From positions 836 to 64,835 of the forward strand of contig JANYAU010000115.1 in the NCBI GenBank assembly GCA_025361165.1: a DNA stretch of 64,000 bases, given 5' to 3'. The position numbers were made by a program, and so were the translations under genes. A model generated the notes under the pieces. It saw nothing but the letters and a program-made list of their open reading frames with translations. It was not told where the DNA came from and searched no databases. Below, in pieces: positions 24,108 to 37,377 of the stretch. This stretch comes from Betaproteobacteria bacterium (GTDB lineage Bacteria > Pseudomonadota > Gammaproteobacteria > Burkholderiales > Thiobacteraceae). The stretch's first letter is position 1, and each line of letters starts with the position of its first letter.

Positions 24108-24207
24108 GCCCCGGATGCCTGCTCGCACGCAAGACTTTGCCAGGCAGTATGTACGTGGCCATGGCGCATACCGTCGCCGCGTTAGGTTTTAAATGCTAGC
24201 GCTCATC

Positions 24208-24513
24208 TTAGCTACGTGCGGCCCCCTTCGCCGAACGCGCCATCTTCCCCAGCCACGAAAAAAGCATCGCAACCAAGGTCGGCAGATAGAACCACCATAT
24301 AGTTCCAAATATTCCATGAACAATATGAGGAAGCCACGTACGCAAGAATGCGCCTGCAGGCAGTGTATCGAGAATCCTCTCCAAGCCGACTATCACCGCA
24401 TAGGAGACAGGGAAGTCTATGGGCAACCAAAGAGCCCAAAGTAAGCGCGCCTGGCCATCTCCGGATGCGAGGTAGATGACGAACAAGCTAAACATCAATA
24501 GGTGAATTCCAGA
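24208..24513 (-). pseudogene. Small membrane protein, apparently 5'-truncated at the GGTGTCAGGTCTTG motif
   Basis: Hydrophobic frame ...SGIHLLMFSLFVIY...WLPIDFPVS...FGTIWWFY... The part of the track ORF further upstream runs through the motif and a REP. Confidence 0.5.
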
Positions 24514-24541
24514 CAAGACCTGACACCGCGCTTTTGTGCGC

Positions 24542-24572
24542 GTTGGGCTGCATTTCATTTAGCCCAACCTAC
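24542..24572 (-). repeat. GTAG-type REP hairpin
   Basis: GTAG-GTTGGGCT-AAATGAAATGC-AGCCCAAC on the minus strand. Confidence 0.75.
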
Positions 24573-24586
24573 GCGGGCTGAGACAG

Positions 24587-24610
24587 CAACGCCCGCAAGG
24601 GCGGGCGTTG
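24587..24610. repeat. Perfect 10-bp hairpin
   Basis: CAACGCCCGC-AAGG-GCGGGCGTTG. Confidence 0.6.
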
Positions 24611-24724
24611 GGTGAGATTTTTTATTCTTCAAATAGCAATAACACAATAACCAAAGCCTGACCCTCTTTCTCTCTTTCTTTTGACCCTTTCTGTTGCCAC
24701 AGCGGAGCGACCGGGGTTTTATTT

Positions 24725-25162
24725 CTAAAAGGAAGAACGGCGTTGACTGGCATCGGGGACGAGCCATGTGTCGATGATTTTGCCAACAACTGCAGGTGCC
24801 GCCACAAGCAATAACATATTGAGAAGATGAGGTGGGCTACGAAATATGCCGAAATAGACCAATACGTAATTGTGGCCATACGGATTATAGATGTAGTAGT
24901 AACCGAATATGGCCAACCCAATGAGCAAGCCTAGCCTGTAAAATAAGGCACGAACTATGGCGTAATTCAATAAGAAGAAGAAAGCGATATTTGCAGTTAC
25001 CGCGAGCAACATACGGGATATATACACAAGGTCTGACCTACCCTCACCCCAAAGCGCTACTTCTAATGCTAAGAGTTGCCGCATGATCACCACATAAGCC
25101 ACAGCAAGAGCCAGCTGAATGATGATCTGAATAGATGGATTGTTTAGCCGTGTGTGAGTCAT
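24725..25162 (-). CDS. AT-rich multi-pass membrane protein, immunity-protein-like
   Basis: About four hydrophobic helices, low GC. ATG 25162 overlaps (ATGA) the stop of an upstream fragment ending ...LECQKSLCI*. Confidence 0.6.
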   Translation of the reverse strand: MTHTRLNNPSIQIIIQLALAVAYVVIMRQLLALEVALWGEGRSDLVYISRMLLAVTANIAFFFLLNYAIVRALFYRLGLLIGLAIFGYYYIYNPYGHNYVLVYFGIFRSPPHLLNMLLLVAAPAVVGKIIDTWLVPDASQRRSSF

Positions 25163-25269
25163 ATGCATAGCGATTTTTGGCATTCTAATAAAATATGGTC
25201 TAGTTTGAACTTTGCCGCCTTAACTAGCCCTCGATATATCGGAAAAACTAGTATGATCATAAAGCGGTA
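25159..25269 (-). pseudogene. Orphan C-terminal fragment (toxin-tip-like)
   Basis: Frame starts right after CAAGATGTGACCCC: YRFMIILVFPIYRGLVKAAKFKLDHILLECQKSLCI*, coupled to the downstream membrane gene. Confidence 0.35.
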
Positions 25270-25286
25270 GGGGTCACATCTTGTAT

Positions 25287-25515
25287 CTTGTATTTTAACA
25301 ACGATGCAAAATTTGATTTGATGCGAGCTAGCTTGCCGGAAAAGAAATCAAAGCAGAACGATAGCGCGCGCAGCAGCGCATACAAAACTTGCATGATCCC
25401 TCCCCTGGATTTGGCGTGATGCGCGGCCGGGCTTCTTTTTGCTGAACCGGGTGGCCAGTGCGCACGATGACGTTATTCTCGGGCCATGCCGACGGGATTG
25501 TCAATGGGGATGATT
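25287..25515 (-). repeat. Promoter + RBS + N-terminal leader segment, copy 2
   Basis: Homologous to 723-946; encodes MQVLYALLRALSFCFDFFSGKLARIKSNFASLLKYK from ATG 25394. Confidence 0.75.
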
Positions 25516-25673
25516 TAGGTATATTGTCAAAGAACAGCGTGTGAGACCGTTCTCTATCAATCGCTCAGGGAATTTTGCAAGAGGCGCAAGGAATAAAGGG
25601 GCTCTTGGCACCCCTTGGCCTACGCGCCAACTTTATTTTGCGTCAACAAATCAGCTTCATACGCGCAACGAGT

Positions 25674-27500
25674 TTACTCCACCGTCACCGACTTGGCCAA
25701 GTTGCGCGGCTTGTCCACATCGGTGCCTTTTTTCAGCGCCGCATGATAGGCCAGCAACTGCACCGGCACCGCATGCACCACCGGCGACAACACGCCCATG
25801 TGGCGCGGCGTGCGGATCACGTGCACGCCTTCGGCTTCACCGAAGTGGCTGTCGAGATCGGCGAACACATACAACTCGCCGCCGCGCGCATGCACTTCCT
25901 GCATATTCGATTTTACTTTTTCCAACAACACGTCGTTGGGGGCGATCACCACCACCGGCATATCGCTGTCCACGAGCGCCAGCGGGCCATGCTTCAACTC
26001 GCCGGCGGGATAGGCTTCGGCGTGGATATAGGAAATTTCCTTGAGCTTGAGCGCGCCTTCGAGTGCGATCGGATAATGCAGTCCGCGCCCGAGAAACAGC
26101 GCGTGTTCTTTATGCGCAAAGCGCTCCGCCCAAGCTTGAATTTGCGGCTCCAAATTCAACGCATGTTGCACGCTGCCGGGCAGATGGCGCAAGGCCTCGA
26201 GGTGATCATGTTCTTGCTGCGGCGTGAGCCGGCCGCGGGTTTTCGCTAGCACCAGGGTCAGGATGAACAAGGCCGCCAATTGCGTGGTGAAAGCCTTGGT
26301 CGAGGCCACGCCGATCTCGGCCCCGGCGCGGGTGAAGAACGTCAACTTGGAGGCGCGTGGAATGGCGCTTTCGCGTACGTTACAAATCGAGAGCGTCTTG
26401 GTGTGGCCCAATTCTTTGGCGCGCTTTAAGGCTTCCATGGTGTCCAGCGTCTCGCCGGATTGCGAAATAGTGACGATGAGCTGCTTCGGATTCGGGATCG
26501 AATCGCGGTAGCGGTATTCATGTCCCAGTTCGACGTTGCACGGGATTTTTGCGATCGATTCCACCCATAAGCGCGCAACTTGTCCGGCGTAAAAACTGGT
26601 GCCCGCGGCGAGTATCAGCACGCTGTCCGCATCGCGCAACACCTCCTCGGCATCCGGACCGAACAAAGCTGGCGTCACGCCCTCGGCCAATACGCCTTCC
26701 AAGGTATCGGTCAGCGCGCGCGGCTGCTCGTGGATTTCTTTTTGCATGTAGTGCTGATACGGGCCGAGATCGACCGCATCGGCGGAAATTTCGGAGATGC
26801 GCACCGGGCGAGTGACAGCGTGGCCATCGCGATCGACGATGGTGATGGACTCGCTCGTGACTAAGGCCACGTCGCCTTCATCCAGATAGATGACCTTGCG
26901 CGTGGCGGAAATAATCGCGGAGACATCAGAGGCGAAAAAGTTTTCACCTTCTCCTACGCCGATCAGCAAGGGGCAGCCGACGCGCGCGCAACATACGATG
27001 CCGGGCATCTGTGGCGTGACCACACCAATGGCGTAGGCGCCCTCAAGCTCGCTCACAGCCTGGCGCGTAGCCGCGAACAAATCGTTCGATTGCTTGAAAT
27101 AATAATGAATCAGATGCGCGATGACTTCGGTATCGGTTTGCGACTCGAACACATAACCCAGCGCTTTCAAGCGCGCGCGCTGTTCCTCGTGATTTTCGAT
27201 GATGCCGTTATGCACCACGGCGATTTCGTTTTGCGAAAAATGCGGATGCGCGTTGTCTTCAGTGACGCCGCCGTGAGTGGCCCAGCGCGTGTGGCCGATG
27301 CCGATGAAGCCGGTCAATTGCTGCGCTTTGGCCTCGTTTTCCATTTCCACGACGCGCCCTACGCGCCGCACGCGCTGCAAGCCGCCATTGAGTACGGCGA
27401 TACCGGCGGAATCGTAGCCGCGGTATTCGAGGCGCTTTAAGCCTTCGATCAAAACCGGAACCACATCGCGCTTGGCGATGGCGCCAACTATGCCGCACAT
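25674..27500 (-). CDS. glmS: Glutamine--fructose-6-phosphate aminotransferase
   Basis: MCGIVG N-terminus, [10 protein letters not shown]-terminal [11 protein letters not shown]. Confidence 0.98.
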   Translation of the reverse strand: MCGIVGAIAKRDVVPVLIEGLKRLEYRGYDSAGIAVLNGGLQRVRRVGRVVEMENEAKAQQLTGFIGIGHTRWATHGGVTEDNAHPHFSQNEIAVVHNGIIENHEEQRARLKALGYVFESQTDTEVIAHLIHYYFKQSNDLFAATRQAVSELEGAYAIGVVTPQMPGIVCCARVGCPLLIGVGEGENFFASDVSAIISATRKVIYLDEGDVALVTSESITIVDRDGHAVTRPVRISEISADAVDLGPYQHYMQKEIHEQPRALTDTLEGVLAEGVTPALFGPDAEEVLRDADSVLILAAGTSFYAGQVARLWVESIAKIPCNVELGHEYRYRDSIPNPKQLIVTISQSGETLDTMEALKRAKELGHTKTLSICNVRESAIPRASKLTFFTRAGAEIGVASTKAFTTQLAALFILTLVLAKTRGRLTPQQEHDHLEALRHLPGSVQHALNLEPQIQAWAERFAHKEHALFLGRGLHYPIALEGALKLKEISYIHAEAYPAGELKHGPLALVDSDMPVVVIAPNDVLLEKVKSNMQEVHARGGELYVFADLDSHFGEAEGVHVIRTPRHMGVLSPVVHAVPVQLLAYHAALKKGTDVDKPRNLAKSVTVE

Positions 27501-27502
27501 AA

Positions 27503-28882
27503 TTATTCTCCCTTAGGCTTCTTCACCGGCCGCTGCCAGCCCGCAATCGTCAATTGTTTTATTCGGGAAATCGTCAGCTCGCCCGCCGGCGCATCGCGCG
27601 TGATGGTCGATCCCGCGCCGATGGTGGCGCCGCGACCCACCGTCACCGGCGCCACCAATTGCGTGGCGGAACCAATGAACACCTCGTCTTCGATCACCGT
27701 ACGATACTTGTTCGCGCCATCGTAATTACAAGTGATGGTACCTGCGCCGATGTTCACTTTATTGCCTACCGTGGCGTCACCCACATAACTGAGATGGTTC
27801 ACCTTGCTGCCGGTGCCTATCTGGCTGTTTTTGATTTCGACGAAATTCCCGATATGCGCATCCGAAGCCAAAGCCGTGCCAGGGCGAATACGCGAGAAGG
27901 GTCCAATGCGGCAATCTGCCCCGATTTGCGCTTCTTCAATGTGGGTAAAGGGTTGGATTCGGGTACCGGTCGCGACCGTGACATTTTTCAACACGCAGTT
28001 TGCGCCGATGGCGACGTTATCACCCAGCGTTACCTGGCCTTCGAACACACAATTGACGTCAATGACAACATCTCGGCCACAACTTAATGCGCCGCGCACA
28101 TCCAGGCGGGCCGGATCCATGATCGTGACGCCAAGACCGGCGAGGGTTGAAGCATAGTTGCGCTGATAGATGCGCTCGAGTTCGGCCAATTGCAATTTAC
28201 TGTTCACGCCCAACACTTCCCATTCATGATGCGGATGCGCGGTCGCAACCGGCACGCCTTGTGCCACCGCCATGGCGATGGTGTCGGTGAGATAGTATTC
28301 ACCCTGCGCATTGTTGTTGGAGAGCTGCGCCAGCCAGCGCACCAGTTTTTCCGTGGGCGCGGCGATAATGCCGGTGTTTACTTCGTTAATTTTTTTCTCC
28401 ACGTCGGACGCGTCTTTTTGCTCGACGATACGCGTCACGCGTCCAGCGTTGTCGCGCACGATGCGGCCATAGCCCGTCGGGTCGGATAGCGCCACCGTCA
28501 ACACCGCCATGCCGTCGCTGCCCGCATGCCCCAACAGCCGCTGCAAGGTGTCTTGTCGCGTCAGCGGCACATCACCATACAACACCAATGTGACGCCATT
28601 CGTATCCAGGTGCGGCATGGCTTGCTGCAAGGCATGGCCGGTACCGAGCTGCTCCGCTTGCAGCGCCCAAGCGATATCGTCGCCTTGAATTGCCTGCGGC
28701 AGCGCATCGCCGCCGTAGCCATATACTACGCACAACTTGGCGGGCTTAAGCACCCGCGCCATATCCAATACATGCTCAAGCAGGGGCTTACCCGCGAGCG
28801 GGTGCAACACCTTGGGCAGATCGGAATGCATGCGCGTGCCCTTACCGGCGGCCAGGATCACAATGTTTAGTGGGGAAGTCAT
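27503..28882 (-). CDS. glmU: Bifunctional UDP-GlcNAc pyrophosphorylase / glucosamine-1-P acetyltransferase
   Basis: [19 protein letters not shown], hexapeptide repeats, CNYDG; start at ATG 28882. Confidence 0.97.
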   Translation of the reverse strand: MTSPLNIVILAAGKGTRMHSDLPKVLHPLAGKPLLEHVLDMARVLKPAKLCVVYGYGGDALPQAIQGDDIAWALQAEQLGTGHALQQAMPHLDTNGVTLVLYGDVPLTRQDTLQRLLGHAGSDGMAVLTVALSDPTGYGRIVRDNAGRVTRIVEQKDASDVEKKINEVNTGIIAAPTEKLVRWLAQLSNNNAQGEYYLTDTIAMAVAQGVPVATAHPHHEWEVLGVNSKLQLAELERIYQRNYASTLAGLGVTIMDPARLDVRGALSCGRDVVIDVNCVFEGQVTLGDNVAIGANCVLKNVTVATGTRIQPFTHIEEAQIGADCRIGPFSRIRPGTALASDAHIGNFVEIKNSQIGTGSKVNHLSYVGDATVGNKVNIGAGTITCNYDGANKYRTVIEDEVFIGSATQLVAPVTVGRGATIGAGSTITRDAPAGELTISRIKQLTIAGWQRPVKKPKGE

Positions 28883-28926
28883 AAAAATAGCGGCGCACAA
28901 ACGGATTAAGTTTCAGGATTATAAAC

Positions 28927-28953
28927 AAAAAAGGCAGCGTTGCCGCTGCCTTT
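28927..28953 (-). terminator. Rho-independent terminator after atpC
   Basis: AAAGGCAGCG-GCAA-CGCTGCC then T6 on the minus strand. Confidence 0.8.
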
Positions 28954-28981
28954 GGTGTCATGCGCTGACGCAGGAGTGGAA

Positions 28982-29404
28982 CTACTTTATCTTGCGCAAT
29001 TTGTGAATCGCGGCGAGTTGCGCCACGGCTTGCGCGAGTTCGATTTGGGCTTGGGCGATTTCCATTGCGCCGGTTTGGTTTTTCATCGCTTCTTCGGCTT
29101 GGCGCTTAGCTTCCAGTGCTTTGGCTTCGTCCAAGTCCTTGCCGCGAATACCGGTGTCGGACAGGATAGTCACCACGTCGGGCTGAATTTCCACTAGCCC
29201 GCCGTTGACGTAGATTAATTCTTCTTCCACCTGATCCGGCACTTTGACGCGCACCGAGCCGGGTTTGAGCCGCGTTACCAGCGGCGCGTGGCGCGGATAC
29301 ACGCCGAGTTCACCGCTCTCGCCGGGCACAATCACGAATTCCGCCGTGCCGGAGTAGAGCAGCGCTTCCGCGCTTACCACATCCACATGTATTGTCATGG
29401 CCAT
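28982..29404 (-). CDS. atpC: ATP synthase epsilon subunit
   Basis: [19 protein letters not shown]; operon position. Confidence 0.96.
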   Translation of the reverse strand: MAMTIHVDVVSAEALLYSGTAEFVIVPGESGELGVYPRHAPLVTRLKPGSVRVKVPDQVEEELIYVNGGLVEIQPDVVTILSDTGIRGKDLDEAKALEAKRQAEEAMKNQTGAMEIAQAQIELAQAVAQLAAIHKLRKIK

Positions 29405-29415
29405 AGCTCCTGCCT

Positions 29416-30804
<1,389 letters not shown>

Positions 30805-30843
30805 CTAAATGACTAAGTTTGAATTCGTTAAAGCCGCTGCTGT

Positions 30844-31740
30844 TTATACCGCGGCTGCGCCGCCGACAATCTCGGACAGCTCTTTGGTGATCGCCGCTTG
30901 GCGTGTCTTGTTGTAGACCAGCGTCAACTCATCGATCAAGGTACCGGCGTTGTCTGAGGCCGCCTTCATCGCCACCATGCGCGCACTTTGTTCCGATGCC
31001 ATGTGCTCGGCCACCGCTTGATACACGGTGTATTCGACATAGCGGCGCAACAGCGTGTCGAGAATTTCTTTCGCATCCGGCTCGTAAATATAGTCCCAGT
31101 GATGTTCCCAGATGCCGAGCTTTTCATCGGTCTCGGTTTTGGACATGGCGTCCGGCCGATCGACGATCGGGGCCAACTGCAACACCACCGGCTCTTGCTT
31201 CATGGTGTTCACGAATACCGTGGAAACCAAATGCAGCTCGTCGATCTCGCCCTTGAGAAAATTCTCCAACATGACTGTCACCGGTGGCAGCAGTTTTTCC
31301 ATGTGCGGCGTGTCGCCCATGTGCGTGAGATAAGAGGCAATGTTGGCGTTCATGCGCTGCATGAAACCAAAGCCCTTGCCGCCGATGGCGCACACTTGGA
31401 CTTTTTTACCGGCTTGATCCCACTCTTTGTACTTGTTCAAGGCCAAACGCAACACGTTGGTGTTCAATCCGCCGCACAAACCTTTGTCGGAGGTGACTAC
31501 AATCAGGCCAACATTTTTCACCTGCTCGCGCTGTTGCAACAAGGGGTGGTGATATTCCGTTTTCGCGTGGCTCATGCGCCGCATCACAGCACGGATCTTG
31601 GCGCCATAGGGGCGCGCGGCGCGCATCCGTTCCTGCGCTTTGCGCATTTTGGAGGCGGCCACCATTTCCATGGCCTTAGTGATTTTCTTCGTGTTCTTGA
31701 CGCTATTGATCTTGACACGAATTTCACGACTGCTCGCCAT
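30844..31740 (-). CDS. atpG: ATP synthase gamma subunit
   Basis: [28 protein letters not shown]. Confidence 0.97.
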   Translation of the reverse strand: MASSREIRVKINSVKNTKKITKAMEMVAASKMRKAQERMRAARPYGAKIRAVMRRMSHAKTEYHHPLLQQREQVKNVGLIVVTSDKGLCGGLNTNVLRLALNKYKEWDQAGKKVQVCAIGGKGFGFMQRMNANIASYLTHMGDTPHMEKLLPPVTVMLENFLKGEIDELHLVSTVFVNTMKQEPVVLQLAPIVDRPDAMSKTETDEKLGIWEHHWDYIYEPDAKEILDTLLRRYVEYTVYQAVAEHMASEQSARMVAMKAASDNAGTLIDELTLVYNKTRQAAITKELSEIVGGAAAV

Positions 31741-31752
31741 CGCCGTAATCCT

Positions 31753-33294
31753 TTAGTAGCTGCCGGTGATCTTGAACTCGTCGAGCGCGGCGATGAGTTC
31801 TTTTTCCGTCGCTTCGTCGAGATCTTTAGTGCTGGTGATCTTGTCGAGAATGTTCGGATACTTGCTCTTGATGAAAGCGTACACCGCGGACTCGTAGGCC
31901 AGCACCTTCTTCACGTCCACCGCGTCGATATAACCACGGTTCACTGAGAACAGCGACACCGCCATTTGCGCCACGCCCATGGGCGAGAACTGCGCTTGCT
32001 TCATTAACTCCGTGACGCGCTTGCCGCGCTCCAACTGGTTGCGGGTCGCTTCGTCCAAGTCGGAGGCGAATTGCGCAAACGCCGCCAACTCGCGGTATTG
32101 CGCCAGCGACAGACGCACGCCGCCGCCCAGTTTTTTAATCACTTTAGTTTGCGCTGCGCCACCCACGCGCGACACCGAAATACCGGCGTTGATCGCGGGC
32201 CGCACACCGGCGTTGAACAAGTCGGTTTCCAAGAAAATCTGGCCGTCGGTAATCGAAATCACGTTGGTCGGCACGAAAGCGGTCACGTCACCGGCTTGGG
32301 TTTCGATCACCGGCAGCGCGGTGAGCGAGCCAGTCTTACCTTTAACCGCGCCCTTGGTGAATTTCTCCACATATTCTTCGTTCACCCGCGCGGCGCGCTC
32401 CAACAAGCGGCTGTGCAGATAGAACACGTCGCCGGGATAGGCTTCGCGGCCCGGCGGGCGGCGCAGCAGCAGGGAAATTTGGCGATACGCCCAGGCTTGC
32501 TTGGTCAGATCGTCATAGATGATCAGTGCGTCTTGGCCGCGGTCGCGGAAGTATTCGCCCATGGCGCAACCGGCGTAAGGCGCGATGTATTGCATCGCGG
32601 CAGAGTCGGACGCGGTGGCGGCGACGACGATGGTATATTCCATCGCGCCGTATTGTTCGAGCTTGCGCACCACGTTAGCGACGGTCGAGGCCTTCTGCCC
32701 GATCGCCACGTAGATGCACATCATGTCCTGGCCTTTTTGGTTGATGATGGCATCCACCGCCACCGCCGTTTTACCGGTTTGACGATCCCCAATAATCAAT
32801 TCGCGCTGGCCGCGGCCGATCGGCACCATGGAGTCGATGGCTTTCAAGCCGGTTTGCACCGGCTGCGACACCGATTTGCGCTCGATTACGCCCGGCGCAA
32901 TTTTTTCCACCGGCGAAGTTTCTTTGGCGTTGATCGGGCCTTTGCCGTCAATCGGCTGCCCCAACGCGTTGACTACACGCCCCATGAGTTCCGGGCCGAC
33001 CGGCACTTCCAGAATGCGGCCGGTGCATTTCACCGTGTCGCCTTCGGTAATATGTTCGTATTCGCCCAACACTACCGCGCCCACCGAATCGCGCTCCAGG
33101 TTCAGCGCCAGGCCGAAAGTGTTGCCAGGGAACTCCAGCATTTCCATCGCCATCACATCGGACAAGCCGTGCACGCGCACGATGCCGTCGGTGACGGAAA
33201 CGATAGAACCTTGGGTGCGGGTGTCCGCGCCAGTTTCCAGGCCTTGGATTTTATTTTTAATCAGCTCGCTGATTTCAGACGGATTGAGTTGCAT
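31753..33294 (-). CDS. atpA: ATP synthase alpha subunit
   Basis: [28 protein letters not shown]. Confidence 0.98.
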   Translation of the reverse strand: MQLNPSEISELIKNKIQGLETGADTRTQGSIVSVTDGIVRVHGLSDVMAMEMLEFPGNTFGLALNLERDSVGAVVLGEYEHITEGDTVKCTGRILEVPVGPELMGRVVNALGQPIDGKGPINAKETSPVEKIAPGVIERKSVSQPVQTGLKAIDSMVPIGRGQRELIIGDRQTGKTAVAVDAIINQKGQDMMCIYVAIGQKASTVANVVRKLEQYGAMEYTIVVAATASDSAAMQYIAPYAGCAMGEYFRDRGQDALIIYDDLTKQAWAYRQISLLLRRPPGREAYPGDVFYLHSRLLERAARVNEEYVEKFTKGAVKGKTGSLTALPVIETQAGDVTAFVPTNVISITDGQIFLETDLFNAGVRPAINAGISVSRVGGAAQTKVIKKLGGGVRLSLAQYRELAAFAQFASDLDEATRNQLERGKRVTELMKQAQFSPMGVAQMAVSLFSVNRGYIDAVDVKKVLAYESAVYAFIKSKYPNILDKITSTKDLDEATEKELIAALDEFKITGSY

Positions 33295-33302
33295 AGCTAC
33301 TC

Positions 33303-33839
33303 CTAAGATTTAAGCGCAAACGCCATTTTTTGGAGCTGACCGGCTACCGAGCCGTCAATCACCACATCGCCGACCGTAATGCGCGCGCCGCCGAGCAGGC
33401 TGGCATCCACTTCGGTCGTCGCTTTTACCTTGCGACCGAAACGATGCTCGAGACCCGCGACCAGTTCTTGCTTTTGCGCGTCGCTAAGCGGAAAGGCGGA
33501 GGCGATCATGGCCTCCACTTCGCCTTGATGCGCACGCTTTAATTCTTCATACAGCGCGGCGATCTGGGGCAACGGTTGCACGCGATCGTTCTCGATCAGC
33601 AGCTTGACGAAATTTTTACCCTGCTCGTTGAGCTCGGTATCGCACACCCCGAGAAACACCCGCGTCACATCCGCCGCGCCCATATTGGGGTCAGCGATGA
33701 GCGCAGTCATTTGCGGGTCTTGCGCCACCGCGGCCGCCACTTGCAGCATGCGCGACCAGGCATCGAAAGCGTTGGCTTCCTGCGCCAAACGGAACACCGC
33801 TTCGGCGTAGGGGCGCGCGATGGTGACCAATTCAGCCAT
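33303..33839 (-). CDS. atpH: ATP synthase delta subunit
   Basis: [13 protein letters not shown]...GDVVIDGSV. Confidence 0.96.
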   Translation of the reverse strand: MAELVTIARPYAEAVFRLAQEANAFDAWSRMLQVAAAVAQDPQMTALIADPNMGAADVTRVFLGVCDTELNEQGKNFVKLLIENDRVQPLPQIAALYEELKRAHQGEVEAMIASAFPLSDAQKQELVAGLEHRFGRKVKATTEVDASLLGGARITVGDVVIDGSVAGQLQKMAFALKS

Positions 33840-34309
33840 TACAGTTCCTTCTTAATGGCTTCGAGCAATTCGGCGTGGGCTTTGGCATCAATTTCGCGGC
33901 GCAGGATTTTTTCCGCACCGGCCACGGCGAGTTGCGCGACGCTCTCGCGCAGTGTTTCGCGGGCGCGGGTGGCTTCCTGGTCGATTTCGGCGTGGGCAGC
34001 CACGATCAGGCGATCGCCTTCGGCTTTCGCGTTGCCTTTGGCTTCGTCGACGATCTGGGCCGCGCGTTTTTCCGCTTGCGCGATCACTTCCGCCGCTTTT
34101 TCCTTGGCTTCGCGCAGGCTGTCGGTGGCGCGCTTGGCGGCCAACTCCAACTCGGTCTTGCCGCGTTCACCGGCGGCCAGGCCGTCGGCGATTTGCTTTT
34201 TGCGGGCGGCCAGGGCGTTCATGATGGGCGGCCACACGAACTTCATGCAGAACATCACGAACACGAAAAACGTGATCGTCTGTCCGATGAGAGTGGCGTT
34301 AATGTTCAT
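33839..34309 (-). CDS. atpF: ATP synthase F0 b subunit
   Basis: [10 protein letters not shown]...KFVWPPI, long coiled coil. Confidence 0.96.
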   Translation of the reverse strand: MNINATLIGQTITFFVFVMFCMKFVWPPIMNALAARKKQIADGLAAGERGKTELELAAKRATDSLREAKEKAAEVIAQAEKRAAQIVDEAKGNAKAEGDRLIVAAHAEIDQEATRARETLRESVAQLAVAGAEKILRREIDAKAHAELLEAIKKEL

Positions 34310-34318
34310 GCTCTACCC

Positions 34319-34603
<285 letters not shown>

Positions 34604-34614
34604 TTAAATCGGGA

Positions 34615-35861
<1,247 letters not shown>

Positions 35862-35970
35862 TCGAGCCAGGCCTTAAAGCGCCCGGGCTAGGAAAAGCCC
35901 AAGATTATAGTTCGAAGAGGGGTTTAGCGTCAAACCGGCCGGGGTTTTACTGCCCGGCTTTGCCGCCGCA

Positions 35971-36390
35971 TTATTTGCTTTTGGGCCGATGCTCAAATGC
36001 GCCCGGCATCGGGCTGGTTGGTTCGCGGCTGGCGCCGGCTTCTTTTAGACGTTCTAAGTAGCGTTCCCACAGTGTCGTTTGCTGCGTACCCAACTCGTAG
36101 AGGTAGACCCAGGAATAAATGCCGGTGTTGTGACCATCGGCAAAGGCCAAGTTTACGGCATAGGTGCCGACTGGCTCGACCTGGGTGATTTCCGCGTCAA
36201 TTTTGCCGATTTGCAGCACTTCTTGGCCAGGGCCGTGGCCGCGGACTTCGGCCGAAGGCGAGTACACGCGTAAGAATTCGCAGGGTAAGTTAAAGCGGCT
36301 ACCGTCAGCAAAAGCGATTTCCAGCAGGCGAGATTTTTGGTGCAGCTTGATTTCAGTGGGCTGCGGCGTTGCTTGATCCAATCCAGCCAT
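35971..36390 (-). CDS. DUF971 / gamma-butyrobetaine hydroxylase-like N-terminal domain protein
   Basis: EFLRVYSPSAEVRGHG, FADGHNTGIYSW. Confidence 0.88.
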   Translation of the reverse strand: MAGLDQATPQPTEIKLHQKSRLLEIAFADGSRFNLPCEFLRVYSPSAEVRGHGPGQEVLQIGKIDAEITQVEPVGTYAVNLAFADGHNTGIYSWVYLYELGTQQTTLWERYLERLKEAGASREPTSPMPGAFEHRPKSK

Positions 36391-36483
36391 GACAATTCCT
36401 TCTCAAACAAAACAATATGATACCCGAGACCGGGTGCGGCCGAAAACGATACGGCCAATAGGGATTTGCCCATCCACAGCCCG

Positions 36484-36515
36484 TTGTCACGCAAGCGTCA
36501 CATTAGCGTCATAAT
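36484..36515 (+). promoter_or_regulatory. Pho box array (three 11-bp-spaced half sites)
   Basis: TTGTCAC-GCAA-GCGTCAC-ATTA-GCGTCAT upstream of phoB; matches the CTGTCAY direct-repeat consensus. Confidence 0.75.
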
Positions 36516-36531
36516 ATGGTCGGCGTTCCCT

Positions 36532-36594
36532 GTAGGGGCGGGGATATATCCCGCCCGAATCGTTAGCTGCGGGCGAGGCTTGTCTCGCCCCTAC
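36532..36594. repeat. Inverted GTAG-type REP doublet (REPIN-like)
   Basis: GTAG-GGGCGGG-GATATAT-CCCGCCC and GGGCGAG-GCTTGT-CTCGCCC-CTAC. Confidence 0.8.
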
Positions 36595-36615
36595 ATCACG
36601 CATAGGAGTAAAGCC

Positions 36616-37305
36616 ATGCCCGCAACTGTATTGGTAGTCGAAGACGAACCTGCGATCCAGGAGTTGATCGCGTTTAACCTGAAGCAAGCCGGCCACATCG
36701 TGATGGCCGCACCCAGCGCCGAGCTCGCCAGCCGGATGATTAAGGACGCGCTGCCGGATTTGATTTTGCTCGATTGGATGTTGCCCGGTATGAGCGGCAT
36801 CGAGTTTGCGCGCAAATTAAAAGGCGACGGTTATACCAAGGCGATTCCGGTGATCATGCTCACTGCGCGCGGCGAGGAGCAAGATAAGGTAAAAGGGCTC
36901 GAAACCGGCGCTGACGACTATGTCACCAAACCGTTTTCGCCGCGCGAGTTAAATGCGCGCATCAAGGCGGTGTTGCGCCGTCGCGCGCCGCAAATGACAG
37001 ATGAGCAGGTGGAGATGGCCGGGCTGGCGCTCGATCCCATTACCCATCGCGTGACCGGCGATGGCGCCTCAGTCGATCTCGGTCCGACCGAATTCCGCTT
37101 GTTGCATTTCCTCATGACGCATCCCGAGCGTGTGCATTCGCGCGCGCAACTGCTGGACAGCGTGTGGGGGAATCAAGTGTATGTGGAGGAGCGTACGGTC
37201 GATGTACACATCCGGCGTCTGCGCCGGGCGCTGGAACCGACGCAGCACGATGTCCTGGTGCAAACGGTGCGCGGCGCGGGCTACCGGCTATCGCAGCGCG
37301 CGTAA
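36616..37305 (+). CDS. phoB: Phosphate regulon response regulator
   Basis: [34 protein letters not shown] before ATG 36616. Confidence 0.95.
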   Translation: MPATVLVVEDEPAIQELIAFNLKQAGHIVMAAPSAELASRMIKDALPDLILLDWMLPGMSGIEFARKLKGDGYTKAIPVIMLTARGEEQDKVKGLETGADDYVTKPFSPRELNARIKAVLRRRAPQMTDEQVEMAGLALDPITHRVTGDGASVDLGPTEFRLLHFLMTHPERVHSRAQLLDSVWGNQVYVEERTVDVHIRRLRRALEPTQHDVLVQTVRGAGYRLSQRA

Positions 37306-37377
37306 AGAGCTTGCGCGCGCCTAGGCCGGCGGCGATTCATGCCATAATGTTCCCTCTTTTTTTCTGCCCGCCGCCGC

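Larger units (their letters stand above)
23752..25648. mobile_element. Non-autonomous Tn7-like transposon relic in attTn7 (glmS)
   Basis: Inverted termini TGTTCGCACAAAATAAAGTTG (23752-23772) and TGTTGACGCAAAATAAAGTTG (25648-25628, minus); two more AAAATAAAGTTG sites at 23828 and 23883; glmS-proximal end is 25 bp from the glmS stop; no tns genes. Confidence 0.8.

Noticed and set aside
24555..24921. ORFs 24555..24767 and 24622..24921
   Set aside because: They run through junction motifs and hairpins, or are alternative frames of the membrane gene.
36466..36615. 50-aa N-terminal extension of PhoB
   Set aside because: It runs through the Pho boxes and the REP; a good SD precedes ATG 36616.
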